The notes under the pieces were generated by a model. It worked only from the letters and a program-made list of their open reading frames with translations. It did no database searches and was not told where the DNA came from. A DNA stretch of 64,000 bases from Candidatus Latescibacterota bacterium. Its GTDB lineage: Bacteria > Latescibacterota > UBA2968 > UBA8231. Shown here one piece after another: positions 33,294 through 50,484 of this stretch; within the stretch, counting starts at the first letter, position 1; each line of letters opens with the position of its first letter. Both the position numbers and the translations under genes were made by a program. The stretch spans positions 288,001-352,000 of the forward strand of contig CBDCXV010000002.1 of the NCBI GenBank assembly GCA_965223905.1, in the 5' to 3' direction.

Positions 33294-34174
33294 CAAGCCT
33301 GCAGACCTATATCGACAAGGCGGCCATTCTCGTCGAGGCCCTGCCCTACATCCAGGAGTTTCGCGGCAAGACCGTGGTGATCAAGTACGGGGGAAGCATC
33401 GGTACCGGCGCGCCGGGGGAGGACACGATCCTCAAGGATATCGTGTTCATGGAGCACGTCGGCATCAACCCGGTGATCGTGCACGGAGGAGGCCCGGCGA
33501 TAGACCGGCGGCTCAGGGAGCTGAATATCGAGACGCGCCGCGTCAACGGATTGAGGATCACCGATGCCGAGACGATGAAGGTCGTGGAGGAGACCCTGTT
33601 CGGCGTGGTCAACGCCGCCATCGTCGAGCAGCTCGAACGCCTCGGGGGACGGGCTGCCGGCGTTTCCGCCAAGGAGGCCGGCATCATGCACGTCACCAGG
33701 CACACCCCCCGGGACGGAAACGGATCCCCGCTCGACATCGGCTACGTGGGCGAGGTCGAGCGCATGGATCCAGCCCCGATCGAGGAGTTGATCGCCGATG
33801 GCATGATCCCGGTAGTGGCGCCGATCGGCAGGGGCGCGGAAGGGGAATCGTACAACGTCAACGCCGATACCGCAGCCGGGGAGATCGCCGCGGCGCTACG
33901 GGCGGAGAAGCTGGTGTTTCTCACCGACGTCATGGGGATCATGCGCAACCCGGCCGACGATTCCACCCTGATGTCGACGGTGCGCGTAGACGAGGTCGAG
34001 GCGCTGATTTCCTCCGGGGTCATCGCCGGGGGCATGATCCCCAAGGTGCGGGCATGCGTTCACTCGGTGGCCGCAGGGGTGCGCAAGACCCACGTCGTGG
34101 AGGGGCGCACTCCGCACTCGATGCTGCTCGAGTTTTTCACCAACGAAGGAATAGGCACCCAGATCCTGCAGTAG
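33290..34174 (+). CDS. argB: Acetylglutamate kinase
   Basis: EALPYIQEFRGKTVVIKYGG, VHGGGP, NVNAD, GGMIPK. Confidence 0.97.
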   Translation: MTSLQTYIDKAAILVEALPYIQEFRGKTVVIKYGGSIGTGAPGEDTILKDIVFMEHVGINPVIVHGGGPAIDRRLRELNIETRRVNGLRITDAETMKVVEETLFGVVNAAIVEQLERLGGRAAGVSAKEAGIMHVTRHTPRDGNGSPLDIGYVGEVERMDPAPIEELIADGMIPVVAPIGRGAEGESYNVNADTAAGEIAAALRAEKLVFLTDVMGIMRNPADDSTLMSTVRVDEVEALISSGVIAGGMIPKVRACVHSVAAGVRKTHVVEGRTPHSMLLEFFTNEGIGTQILQ

Positions 34175-34207
34175 GAAAATCAACCGCAATCACCGGGAGC
34201 AGACGAC

Positions 34208-35404
34208 ATGAGGACCGACAAGGTAGTAGAGGGAGAAAAACAGTACATCCTGCAAACCTACGGGCGGCCCGACTTCGTCCTCGAAAGAGGCAACGGTGTT
34301 TACCTGTTCGACCTCGACGGCAACCGCTACCTCGATTTTGTCAGCGGTCTGGCCGTCAACGCGCTCGGCTACGGCGACTACGACGTGCTGAAAGCGATCG
34401 ATGAGCAGGCGGCCCTGCTGATCCACTGCTCCAACCTGTATCACACCGTCCCTTCGACGGGGCTCGCGAAGATCCTGGTCGAAAGCTCGTTCGCGGACCG
34501 CGCCTTTTTCTGCAACAGCGGAACCGAGGCCTGGGAAGCGTCGCTGAAGTTCTGCCGCAAGTGGGGGAACACCCGGCCCGAAAAGCCGCGAAACAGGTTG
34601 ATCGCCTTCAACAATTCCTTCCACGGCCGCACCTACGGCTCGGTTTCGACGACGGGACAACCGAAGTACCACAAGGGGTTCGAGCCGATGCTTCCCGGCA
34701 TCGATTTCGCGGATTTCAACGACCTTTCGTCGGTCGAGAAGCTGGCCACCGACGAGACCGCCGCGGTCCTCGTGGAGCCGCTGCAGGCGGAGGGTGGAAT
34801 CCACGTGGCCTCGAACGAGTTCCTGAGCGGCCTGCGACAGCTGTGCGACGAGCGCGGGATGCTCCTCGTGTTCGACGAGATCCAGGTCGGAATGGGCCGC
34901 ACCGGGTCGCTGTGGGCATACCAGCAGTACGGGGTGGAGCCCGATATCATGACCCTTGCCAAGGCGCTCGGGGGCGGCCTGCCGATCGGCGTCTCGCTGC
35001 TGCGGCAGAAGGTCGCCGACGCCATCGAAGCGGGTGACCACGCCGCGACCTTCGGGGCCAACCCGGTCGCCTGCGCCGCGGCGCTGAAGGTCATGGAGAA
35101 GATGCTGGCCGAGGGGTTCCTGGAAGGGGTGCGGGAGAAGGGGGAGCACCTGCGAACCGGCCTGGAGAAGCTGCACCAGCGCTGGCCGGACCGGATCGGC
35201 GAAGTCAGGGGACGGGGGCTGATCCAGGGAGCGTTGGTCACCGCGAAGCCGGCAGCCGACTACCTTGCCGCCTTCCGGGAACGCAACATCCTCGTCGCTC
35301 CCTGCGGCACCGATATCGTACGCTTCCTGCCTCCCCTGGTCATCGACAAGGAGCAGATCGACGAGGCCGTCGACGTTTTCGACGAGGTCCTGAGGCAGGA
35401 ATAG
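34208..35404 (+). CDS. argD: Acetylornithine aminotransferase
   Basis: Class III PLP enzyme: [31 protein letters not shown]; located in the arg operon. Confidence 0.94.
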   Translation: MRTDKVVEGEKQYILQTYGRPDFVLERGNGVYLFDLDGNRYLDFVSGLAVNALGYGDYDVLKAIDEQAALLIHCSNLYHTVPSTGLAKILVESSFADRAFFCNSGTEAWEASLKFCRKWGNTRPEKPRNRLIAFNNSFHGRTYGSVSTTGQPKYHKGFEPMLPGIDFADFNDLSSVEKLATDETAAVLVEPLQAEGGIHVASNEFLSGLRQLCDERGMLLVFDEIQVGMGRTGSLWAYQQYGVEPDIMTLAKALGGGLPIGVSLLRQKVADAIEAGDHAATFGANPVACAAALKVMEKMLAEGFLEGVREKGEHLRTGLEKLHQRWPDRIGEVRGRGLIQGALVTAKPAADYLAAFRERNILVAPCGTDIVRFLPPLVIDKEQIDEAVDVFDEVLRQE

Positions 35405-35416
35405 AGCCAGTTCCCC

Positions 35417-36815
<1,399 letters not shown>

Positions 36816-36822
36816 GCGCGGC

Positions 36823-38208
36823 ATGCCGAACCGTCGCGATGTCCGCGTAACCGCGGCCTCCCTGTATTTCCTGCCGGTGGAGACGCGGGTGCCGCTGAAG
36901 TTCGGCCCCGAGACCCTGACTCACGTCACCTGCGCGCGGGCCGCGGTCGAGGTGGCGGGCGCCACCGGGGAGACCGCCGTCGGCTGGGGCGAGACGCCGC
37001 TGAGCGTGCAGTGGGTGTGGCCGAGCGACCGCCTGGGCTACGAAGAGCGCCACCAGTCCCTGAAAAGCTTCTGCATCGATCTGGCCGCGGAGTGGTCGGG
37101 GTGCGAGGCCTCGGGCCACCCCCTGGAAATCGGTCACCGCTTTCAGGAGGAGCGCCTGGAAAAGGCGCTGGCAGGGCACAACCGCGGGCGCGACGAGCCC
37201 CTGCCGTATCTCGCGGCGCTGGTATGCTGCTCACCCTTCGACATCGCCCTTCACGACGCCTACGGCAGGCTGCACGGCCTGCCGGCCTACGAGACTTACG
37301 GCGGCGCGTTCATGACTTCCGATCTCGCCGATTTCCTCGAGCCGGCCGCGGCCGGCGTCGACTTTGCCGGCACTCACCCGGCGGACTACCTGCGGCCGCG
37401 GCAGAACCGCCTGCCGGCATGGCATCTCGTCGGCGGGCTCGATCCGCTGGACAGGCCGGAGCTCACCGGCGACGAGCCGGAGGACGGCTACCCGGTGCTG
37501 CTCCGGGACTGGATTCGCACCGACGGGCTGACCTGCCTGAAGGTCAAGCTGCGCGGCAACGACGAAGCCTGGGATTACGAGCGCCTGCGCAGGGTCGGGG
37601 AGATCGCAATCGATTGCGGGGCGAGCTGGCTCTCGGCCGACTTCAACTGCACGGTCACCGATCCCGAATACGTCAACGGGATCCTCGACAGGCTGATGAT
37701 GGACCGCCCGCGCATCTACGGCATGGTCCTCTACGTCGAGCAGCCGTTTCCCTACGACCTCGAAGAGCACGCCATCGACGTGCACGGCGTCGCCTCCCGC
37801 AAGCCGCTGTTCATGGATGAAAGCGCTCACGACTGGCGCCTCGTCCGCCGCGGCAGGAGGCTGGGATGGACGGGAGTTGCACTGAAGACATGCAAGACGC
37901 AGACCGGGGCATTGCTCAGTCTGTGCTGGGCACGGGCCCACGGAATGACCCTGATGGTCCAGGATCTCACCAACCCGATGCTCGCCCAGATTTCCCACGT
38001 CCTGCTGGCGGCTCACGCGGGGACCATCATGGGGGTCGAGACCAACAGCATGCAGTTCTACCCGGCCGCCTCGGACCCGGAGGCCGCGGTGCATCCCGGC
38101 GTCTACCGGCGGCGCGGCGGCGAGATCGACCTGACCTCGGTCCGCGGCCCCGGATTCGGGTACGGCCTCGACCGCATTCGCCGGGATCTGCCCCCACCCT
38201 CCGCGTAG
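36823..38208 (+). CDS. Enolase-superfamily (mandelate racemase/MLE-like) enzyme, function unknown
   Basis: KVK, DFN, EQP, DES and KTCK motifs. Confidence 0.85.
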   Translation: MPNRRDVRVTAASLYFLPVETRVPLKFGPETLTHVTCARAAVEVAGATGETAVGWGETPLSVQWVWPSDRLGYEERHQSLKSFCIDLAAEWSGCEASGHPLEIGHRFQEERLEKALAGHNRGRDEPLPYLAALVCCSPFDIALHDAYGRLHGLPAYETYGGAFMTSDLADFLEPAAAGVDFAGTHPADYLRPRQNRLPAWHLVGGLDPLDRPELTGDEPEDGYPVLLRDWIRTDGLTCLKVKLRGNDEAWDYERLRRVGEIAIDCGASWLSADFNCTVTDPEYVNGILDRLMMDRPRIYGMVLYVEQPFPYDLEEHAIDVHGVASRKPLFMDESAHDWRLVRRGRRLGWTGVALKTCKTQTGALLSLCWARAHGMTLMVQDLTNPMLAQISHVLLAAHAGTIMGVETNSMQFYPAASDPEAAVHPGVYRRRGGEIDLTSVRGPGFGYGLDRIRRDLPPPSA

Positions 38209-38221
38209 AGGAAGCGCTTCC

Positions 38222-39664
38222 ATGGCCGAGGCGATCGCTCTCAAGGAGACGCGCTTCTACATGCGCAACGTGCGCACCCGCATGCCGTTCAAGTACGGCG
38301 CGGCGACTCTCGTCTCGGTGCCGATCCTGCACGTCGGCGTCATCGCCGAGCTTGGCGACAGCACCCCGGCGCGCGGCTGGGCGGCCGACATCCTGCCGCC
38401 CAAGTGGTTCGACAAGGATCCGGCCAAGGAGTACGAGGAGAACGTCGGCGACCTGATCGCCATGGCGCGCGCCGGGGGCGAGGCGTACGGCGAAGCCAGC
38501 CTTCGCCCCGGCTCTCTGTTCGCCGTCTGGCGCGACGGCTACGAGGCGACCCTGGAGGCGGGGTGCAGGGCCGGCCTCAACCCGCTTACCGCCGGGCATG
38601 GCAGCAGCCTGTTCGAACGAGCCCTGATCGACGCCATCGGAACGGCGCGCGGCCTTCCGTACCACCAGCTCCTGCGGAGGGATGCCCTCGGGATCGAGTT
38701 GTCCGCCCTGCACGAGGAGCTGCAGGGGGTCTCCGTTTCCCAGGCGGTCCCCGCCCGGCCGCTGGCCTCCGCGGGGGTTCGCCATACCGTCGGCATGGCC
38801 GATCCGATTCGCAGCAACGAGATCCCCGCGGGGGAGCGCCTCGACGACGGGCTTCCGCAAGCCCTGGAGGAGTACATCGAACAGGGGATCCGCTACCTGA
38901 AGATCAAGCTCGGCGGCGTCCTCGAAAGCGACCTCGAACGCCTGCGCCAGATCGCCGAAACGCTCGCCGGAGACCGGGAATTCTCCGTGTCGCTGGATGG
39001 CAACGAGCAGTACGAACATCCGGATGAGCTGCTCGAGCTGTTGCGGGCAATGCACGGCGACAGCCGGCTGCGTGGGCTGTACGAGTCGGTCATCTACATC
39101 GAGCAACCCCTCGACCGCAGCCGGGCCCTGGATGGGGAGTTTGCAGAGGGTATCCGCGCACTTGCCGGACTCAGACCGGTCGTCATCGACGAATCCGACG
39201 ATGCAATTGACTCCTTTGTGCGCGCAGCCGGGATCGGGTACAACGGCGTCTCGGCAAAGAACTGCAAGGGCCTTATCAAGGCGATCGCCAACCGCGCCCT
39301 GACCCTCAAGCTCGGCGCGGACTCCGGCGCCCCCTTCATGATGACCGCAGAAGACCTGATGAATCTTCCGGTGGTGCCGCTGCAGCAGGACCTGGCGCAG
39401 GTCGCAGCGCTCGGTATCGACCATGTCGAGCGCAACGGCCATCACTACGTACGCGGTCTCGACCACCTCAGCGAGGCGGAGAGGACAGACTGCGAGCGGG
39501 TTCACGCGGGACTGTATCGGCGGGAGGGGGGGATGACGAGGCTCGACATCCGCGGCGGCCGCATCGATCTGCGCTCGCTCCAGGTCCCCGGGCTCGGCGT
39601 CGGCGTGAGGGTGGACTGCGAGTCGATGGTGCCGCTGGATCAGTGGCGCTTCGACTCGCTGTAG
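38222..39664 (+). CDS. Enolase-superfamily enzyme, distant paralog of the upstream gene
   Basis: KIK, DGN, EQP, DES and KNCK motifs; N-terminal TRMPFKYG. Confidence 0.85.
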   Translation: MAEAIALKETRFYMRNVRTRMPFKYGAATLVSVPILHVGVIAELGDSTPARGWAADILPPKWFDKDPAKEYEENVGDLIAMARAGGEAYGEASLRPGSLFAVWRDGYEATLEAGCRAGLNPLTAGHGSSLFERALIDAIGTARGLPYHQLLRRDALGIELSALHEELQGVSVSQAVPARPLASAGVRHTVGMADPIRSNEIPAGERLDDGLPQALEEYIEQGIRYLKIKLGGVLESDLERLRQIAETLAGDREFSVSLDGNEQYEHPDELLELLRAMHGDSRLRGLYESVIYIEQPLDRSRALDGEFAEGIRALAGLRPVVIDESDDAIDSFVRAAGIGYNGVSAKNCKGLIKAIANRALTLKLGADSGAPFMMTAEDLMNLPVVPLQQDLAQVAALGIDHVERNGHHYVRGLDHLSEAERTDCERVHAGLYRREGGMTRLDIRGGRIDLRSLQVPGLGVGVRVDCESMVPLDQWRFDSL

Positions 39665-39753
39665 CGCCCGGCGCAACTCCCTGAACGGGGCCGTCGCTTC
39701 CCGCACGCCCCGTCTTCCCGAACTGAAGCACAGCGACGGGGAAACCGCAGTGG

Positions 39754-41994
<2,241 letters not shown>

Positions 41995-42068
41995 CTATAT
42001 TCTACGCTGCTCCGCTCGACAGATTCCAAGCTCGCCTCCGCAACAAACCAAATATCGGACGTAGATCC

Positions 42069-42926
42069 GTGCAGAGCCTCTCCGCCTATTTCGAGCTCAC
42101 CAAACCGCGCATAACGATTCTCGTCCTGGTGACGACCGCCCTCGGGTTCTTTCTCGGAGGCCGCGGCATTCACTCGGCCCCGCTGCTGGTCGCGACCCTT
42201 CTCGGCACGGCGCTGACCGCGGGAGGCTCGGCGGCCCTCAACCACTACTTCGAACGCGAGATCGACCGCTCGATGAGGCGCACGCGGTCGCGCCCGCTTC
42301 CACTGGGGGTGATCACACCCGCGGCGGCCGTGTCGTACGGGCTTTGCCTGATTCTCGCAGGGCTCGTCCTCCTGATCAACACCGTCAACCTGATCACCGC
42401 CTTCCTGGCGCTGCTGACCGCCTTCCTCTACGTCGTGATCTACACGCCGATGAAACGGCTGACCTGGCTGAACACCTCCCTGGGATCGATCCCCGGGGCC
42501 CTGCCTCCGGTCGGTGGATGGACCGCGGCGGCAGGTGAGCTCGAGCTCGGGGCCTGGGCGCTGTTCGCCATTCTGTTCGCCTGGCAGCATCCGCATTTCT
42601 ACGCCATCGCCTGGATCTTCAGGGAGGACTACGCCCGCGCCGGCTTCAAGATGCTGCCCGTCCTCGAAAAGGACGGCAGGCGGACCTGCCGTCATATCGT
42701 CGGCTTCTCCATCCTGCTGCTCTTCGCCTCCACGGTCCCGGTGCTTCTCGGGCTTTCGGGATCGCTCTATCTCGCCGGCGCCCTCATCCTCGGGCTCGGC
42801 ATGCTGGCGTCGGCGGTGGCCCTGAACGTCACTCGTTCCACCATCGAAGCGCGGCGTCTGCTGCGGGCATCCGTCCTCTATCTGCCTCTCCTGCTGTTGC
42901 TGACCGTCGTCGACGTCAGCTTCTGA
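42069..42926 (+). CDS. cyoE: Heme o synthase (protoheme IX farnesyltransferase)
   Basis: ELTKPRI, N...EREID..M.RT..RPLP.G, YTPMKR, WQHPHF, DYARAG. Confidence 0.95.
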   Translation: MQSLSAYFELTKPRITILVLVTTALGFFLGGRGIHSAPLLVATLLGTALTAGGSAALNHYFEREIDRSMRRTRSRPLPLGVITPAAAVSYGLCLILAGLVLLINTVNLITAFLALLTAFLYVVIYTPMKRLTWLNTSLGSIPGALPPVGGWTAAAGELELGAWALFAILFAWQHPHFYAIAWIFREDYARAGFKMLPVLEKDGRRTCRHIVGFSILLLFASTVPVLLGLSGSLYLAGALILGLGMLASAVALNVTRSTIEARRLLRASVLYLPLLLLLTVVDVSF

Positions 42927-43587
42927 GCCTTCCCTCGGGCCCCGTCGGCTGCGTTCGCCGCAGGAACCGAGCGGCCGCGGCCAGGTCTTCCGGCGTGTTG
43001 ACGTTGGCGAAGGCCATGCCGTGAGGGTCGAGGTGGCCGTACTCCCCGGGCCGCAGCAGACGCAACCGCAGGCCGCGGATGAACGCGGTAACCCCTAAGT
43101 CTTCCCCAGCCAGGGCCTGCCGCAGGCGCGGGCGGCAGGTATCGCGGTACACAGCGCACAGAGGCTGGAGGCCGTTGCCGTCCTCGGGGACCGCGGCGTC
43201 GCAATCGGCATCGGACTGCTCGAGGAGGAACTCCAGCAGCGGGGTGGTGAGGAAAGGGAGGTCGCAGGCGAGTGCGAGAACCCGCTGCGGCGTGTCGATC
43301 TCGAATGCGGTGAGCAGACCCCCGAGGGGGCCGCGGTCAGGAAAGAGGTCGCCGGCGACCTCCAGGCCGGGTCCGGCCGAGGCCGCGGTGCGCAGCTGCG
43401 GCGACGGGGCGGTTCCCGCGACGACGCGGACCGGCAGGCCGAGAGGCCGCGCCGCGGTCAGGACCCGTTCGAGCAGGGTGGTGGCGCCGAGCCGCAGCAG
43501 GGCCTTTTCGCCGCCTCCCATTCTGCGGCTGCGCCCTCCGGCAAGGACGGCCACGACCGCGGGAGCGGCATGACGCTCCTCACCCAC
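42916..43587 (-). CDS. mobA: Molybdenum cofactor guanylyltransferase
   Basis: LAGGRSRRMG..K, GPLGG, ACDLP, QPLCAVY, FANVNTPED. Confidence 0.9.
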   Translation of the reverse strand: MGEERHAAPAVVAVLAGGRSRRMGGGEKALLRLGATTLLERVLTAARPLGLPVRVVAGTAPSPQLRTAASAGPGLEVAGDLFPDRGPLGGLLTAFEIDTPQRVLALACDLPFLTTPLLEFLLEQSDADCDAAVPEDGNGLQPLCAVYRDTCRPRLRQALAGEDLGVTAFIRGLRLRLLRPGEYGHLDPHGMAFANVNTPEDLAAAARFLRRTQPTGPEGRLRS

Positions 43588-44359
43588 CTCGGTCCGGGCT
43601 CGAGGATCGCTGGTTGATGAGGGCCGCAGCGTACCCGGCGCCGTAGCCGTTGTCTATGTTGACGACGAGGATCCCGGAGGCACAGGAGTTGAGCATCGCC
43701 AGCAGGGCGGCGAGTCCCTGGAAACTGGCGCCGTATCCGATGCTCGTCGGCACCGCGATCACGGGTGTTTCCACCAGCCCGCCGACGACGCTGGCCAGGG
43801 CCCCTTCCATTCCGGCGACAACGACGACCACCTCGGCCTCGCGCAGGCGCCCGGCGTGGGTGAGAAGCCTGTGGATGCCGGCGACGCCGACGTCGAAAAT
43901 CGTCTCGACGCGCGCACCCATGACCGAGGCGGTCACCGCGGCTTCCCGGGCTACCGGTATGTCCGAGGTCCCGGCCGACACCACCAGGACGAGCCCCTTT
44001 TCCGGCAGCGGTTCGACCCCGGACGGGCGGACCACCACGGTGCGAGCCGAAGCGTCGACCTCGGCGTCTTCGAAGCGATCGGACATTGCCCGCGAAAGAT
44101 CGCCGTGGACTCGCGTCGCCAGGACTACCGACTGCTTCGCCAGGATACGGGCGGTTATTTCCACAACCTGGTCAACGGTCTTTCCCTCGCAGAAGATCGT
44201 TTCCGGAAAGCCCCGGCGAAGAGCCCGGTGGTGATCGACGTGGGCGAACCCGCCGACCTCCTCGAATGGAAGGTCCTTCAGCCGCGACAGCGCTTCCGCG
44301 GGGCTTACACGTCCTGCGGCGACCTCGTCGAGAAGCTGGCGGAGCAGGTCGGCGTTCAT
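43580..44359 (-). CDS. larB: Nickel-pincer cofactor biosynthesis protein LarB (PurE-like)
   Basis: DHHRALRRGFPE, AGTSDIPVA, DVGVAGIHRL, AGMEGAL, PTSIGYG, VNIDNGYGA. Confidence 0.93.
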   Translation of the reverse strand: MNADLLRQLLDEVAAGRVSPAEALSRLKDLPFEEVGGFAHVDHHRALRRGFPETIFCEGKTVDQVVEITARILAKQSVVLATRVHGDLSRAMSDRFEDAEVDASARTVVVRPSGVEPLPEKGLVLVVSAGTSDIPVAREAAVTASVMGARVETIFDVGVAGIHRLLTHAGRLREAEVVVVVAGMEGALASVVGGLVETPVIAVPTSIGYGASFQGLAALLAMLNSCASGILVVNIDNGYGAGYAAALINQRSSSPDRGG

Positions 44360-44535
44360 AGCCCTTCAGGAGGAGGGGAGAACGCGGCCGCGCGCATTCG
44401 CCAGGGGCACCCGGGGAAAAGAAGGGGAGGAGCAAGGCATTTGGGCATTTCCGGCATTCTTCGCCTTCGCTGGAGAAACCTTCAGAAGGGGTGTTTTAGG
44501 CCGTGGTGCCGCGGTTTCATTGCTGTGCCCAGCGG

Positions 44536-45866
44536 CTACCCGCCGCGGCAGCAGCGAAAACCCATTTCCAGCCCATCCTGACGGACGTAGGATGAGAAGA
44601 TCGGGTCCTTCAACAGCTCTTCGACGGCCCCGTCGGAGTAAATGTCGAAATCACCGGCGGGCGGGATCGGCTCGAAGCGCCCGCTGGTATTCGTACAATC
44701 GAAGTCGGTGGTGACACCGCTCAGCCGGAACTCTCCCTGCCGCTCCGACAAGGAGGTGAAATCCATTGTCCATTCGAAGGCGTTGCCGATGAGGTCGTAC
44801 ACACCCGCGGAGCTGCTGCAGTTCGGGAAATGACCGGACGGAGCGACATCGGTGTATTCAGGTGAATCACTGGCGGTCGCCGATCCCGGGGTGTTGCAGT
44901 AGCGTCTCCCGAAGCCCGCGGGCAGATTCTCCCGCACGTCGGTAGAAGAGAACCGCAGGCCCTCCGGGCCCCTGGCAGGCGTGTTCCCACTCCGCCGAGG
45001 AGCAGAGCCTCTTCCCCTGATCGGCGCACAGGCGCGCCGCCTCGAACCAGGATTTCGTCAACAGCGGCGGCTCCCCCTTGCGGTTCGGGTATTCGTACAG
45101 GTCGATCTCGTAGGGGATCACGGCGGCGTCTTCCCCCGGTAATTCCAGGGCCGCCATACCGGTTTCCTGCAGCTCGGGCACCGTTACCTGCAACAGGATC
45201 TCCGAGCGCACCGTGTCGGCGCCATCCGTCACCTCGAGGAGGACCGTGTAGGCGCCCGGGAACAGCGGGGTGATGTTCGCCTGCGACCGGCTCGCTTTCC
45301 ATGCTGCGTTGGAGCAGCGCCTGGGGAGACCCTTCCGCGAGCCCCCAGTCGAAGGTCAACGGATCGCCGTCTTCGTCCTCCGCGAAGGCCTCGAGGACCA
45401 CTACGGGCTCGCGGAAAGGGACCAGGGTATCGGTCACCGACGTCCGCAACGAGGGGGAGGACTGGATCACCTCGATCAGGAACGACTCGGTAATGTCTTC
45501 GGTTCCGTACTGGCGATCGCTGATCGTCGCCGAAATCAGGAAGAACTCGGAGCTGCCCTGAATGGAGAGGGGGGCGGTCCAGATGGTTGCGGGGCTGGTC
45601 GTGTCGCTGAAGCTGCCTGCACCCGAGTCGTTCCAGGAGTACAGCAGCGGATCGTCGTCTTCGTCGGAAGCCCTTACCTCCAGGGACACCGATCCCCCGC
45701 GCCGGACGCGGGTGGTGTCGGCCGAGCTTACCTGGAGTGCCGGGGGTTCGTTCGGCAACTCCTGGTGCAGGAGGCTGCAGGAAGCCGCTGCCATCAGCAC
45801 CATCCCCAGGCTCGCCGGCAGCCGGCAGCCGGCGGCGAGCCGGTGCGGTGGAAAGCCGCCGGGCAC
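44536..45866 (-). pseudogene. Lipoprotein with two Ig-like domains and a C-terminal FGE-sulfatase-like domain, split by two frameshifts (~45285, ~44968)
   Basis: Lipobox-like MAAAS-C and two ASDEDDDPLLYSW-type Ig domains. Then IDLYEYPN...WFEAARLC...GKRLCSSAEWEHAC and GVYDLIGNAFEW...GFRCC occur in successive frames. Confidence 0.8.
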
Positions 45867-46738
45867 TACTCGTCGCGCAGGAGAAGCTCGAGTATGCGCT
45901 CGAGATCGTCGTCGTCGTAGAACTCGATCTCGACACGCCCCTTCTTCGAGCTGCGCCGGATACCCACGGAGGTAGCGAAGAAGTGGCGCAGCCGCTCCTC
46001 GTACGCCGAAAGCAAAGGATCGGCGGGCTGGTCGCCGTTAACGGCTGGCTCGCGGCGCCGGCGCCGTCCTGAACCTGCGTTGCGGGCGGCGCTCTCGAGA
46101 TCGCGGACGGTCAAGCCTTCGGTGACGGCGCGGCGTCCGAGCTCGAGGGCGTCGTCGGGGTCGAGGGGGACCAGCGTCCGGGCGTGTCCCATCTGAAGCT
46201 GGCCGGAACGCAGGAAATCCTGCAGTTCCTCAGGCAGCTTCAGAAGGCGCACCGTGTTGGCGATGGTCGAGCGGTCGCGGCCGACTTTGCGCGCGATATC
46301 CTCCTGGGTCAGCAGGCAGGTGTCGATCAGCTCGCGATATCCCTGGGCCTCTTCAATAGGATTGAGATCTTCGCGCTGGATGTTCTCGATCAGCGAGAGC
46401 TCCATCAACTCCTCGGTGGAGTCGATCTCGTGCACGATGGCCGGAATCGTCTCCATCCCGGCCATTCTGGCTGCACGCCAGCGGCGTTCGCCGGCGATCA
46501 GATGGTAGCCCTGGCCGGAACGGTTCACCGAGACGGGCTGGATGACCCCCTTCTCCTGGATGGAGCGCATCAGGCCGCGCAAGCTCTCCTCATCGAAATC
46601 GACGCGCGGCTGGTGGGGATTCGGTTCGATGTCGTCGACGGGAAGCAGATCGACCTGAACGCCCCCTTCGGCGCTGGTCTCACCGTATTCGGGGATCAGG
46701 GCGTGGATGCCCTTGCCCAATACCTGCTTCTTAGCCAT
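45866..46738 (-). CDS. parB: Chromosome partitioning protein ParB/Spo0J
   Basis: LGKGI.ALI, PNPHQPR, IAGERRWRAA, ENIQREDLNPIEEA, HTH. Confidence 0.96.
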   Translation of the reverse strand: MAKKQVLGKGIHALIPEYGETSAEGGVQVDLLPVDDIEPNPHQPRVDFDEESLRGLMRSIQEKGVIQPVSVNRSGQGYHLIAGERRWRAARMAGMETIPAIVHEIDSTEELMELSLIENIQREDLNPIEEAQGYRELIDTCLLTQEDIARKVGRDRSTIANTVRLLKLPEELQDFLRSGQLQMGHARTLVPLDPDDALELGRRAVTEGLTVRDLESAARNAGSGRRRRREPAVNGDQPADPLLSAYEERLRHFFATSVGIRRSSKKGRVEIEFYDDDDLERILELLLRDE

Positions 46739-47573
46739 GCCGAATGATCTCTCCGGCGAGGCTCATGTAGTTCTGGGCGCCGGGAGAAACGATGTCGTAG
46801 AGGACGATCGGCTGTCCGTGGCCGGGCGCTTCCGCCAGGCGCACGTTTCGCGTTATCGCCGTACTGTAGACCTTGGTCCCGAAATAGGACCGGACCTCGT
46901 CGGCAACCTGGCGCGAGAGATTCAGGCGGGAGTCGAACATCGTCAGCAGGACGCCGGCGATCTGAAGTCCCTTGTTGAGGTGGCGCTGAATCAGCCGGAT
47001 GGTGTTTAGCAGCTTGCCGAGCCCTTCGAGCGCGTAGTACTCGCACTGAATCGGGATGAGCACCGAGTGGGCGGCGGTCAGGGAGTTGAGCGTCAGCAGC
47101 CCCAGGGATGGCGGGCAGTCGAGGATGATGTAGGAGTAATCCTGCTGCAGCTCGGCGAGCGCGGTCCGCAGCTTCTGTTCGCGAGCGATCAGGCTGACCA
47201 TCTCGACCTCGGCCCCGGTCAGGTTCATGTGCGAGGGGACGAGGGACAGGTGGGAAATCTGCGTCGGGCGCACGACATCCCTGGCAGACTGGTGGCCGAG
47301 CAGGGCGTGGTAGATGTTGGCGGCTTCGACCTCTCGTGGTTCGACCCCGCAGCCGCTGGTCGCGTTGGCCTGCGGATCCATGTCTACGAGCAATGTCTGC
47401 TGCTCGGCAACCGCGAGGCAGGCGGCGAGGTTTACCGCCGTCGTCGTCTTGCCGACTCCCCCCTTCTGGTTGGCCACGGCGATGATCCGCCCCATCCGCT
47501 TGGCCGCTTGCACATCCGGATTCTCGGCAGGTTCGGGGGCTATTCCCGGTTCGGCGGCCAGTTCTGCTGACAT
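46731..47573 (-). CDS. parA: Chromosome partitioning ATPase ParA/Soj
   Basis: NQKGGVGKTTT, DPQANAT, DCPPSLG, QCEYYALEG, RLAEAP. Confidence 0.96.
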   Translation of the reverse strand: MSAELAAEPGIAPEPAENPDVQAAKRMGRIIAVANQKGGVGKTTTAVNLAACLAVAEQQTLLVDMDPQANATSGCGVEPREVEAANIYHALLGHQSARDVVRPTQISHLSLVPSHMNLTGAEVEMVSLIAREQKLRTALAELQQDYSYIILDCPPSLGLLTLNSLTAAHSVLIPIQCEYYALEGLGKLLNTIRLIQRHLNKGLQIAGVLLTMFDSRLNLSRQVADEVRSYFGTKVYSTAITRNVRLAEAPGHGQPIVLYDIVSPGAQNYMSLAGEIIRHG

Positions 47574-47588
47574 CGGCGCCTTCCCTAC

Positions 47589-50288
<2,700 letters not shown>

Positions 50289-50484
50289 CTGGATTGGTGA
50301 TGGTGGATGAGGGCGGTGCGAAACCACTGCCCGAGGATGGGAGATCGGCCTCCGAGATCCTCGGGCGACGGGGATGAGCGCCGGTTCGGGCGCGGGGTCA
50401 ATTGTCGCCGGGAGGCGGAGGCACTGCGAAAGAGAGGCGAATATATCCCGGGAGAGGGACCCCGGCAAGGAGTCCCGAACCTGC

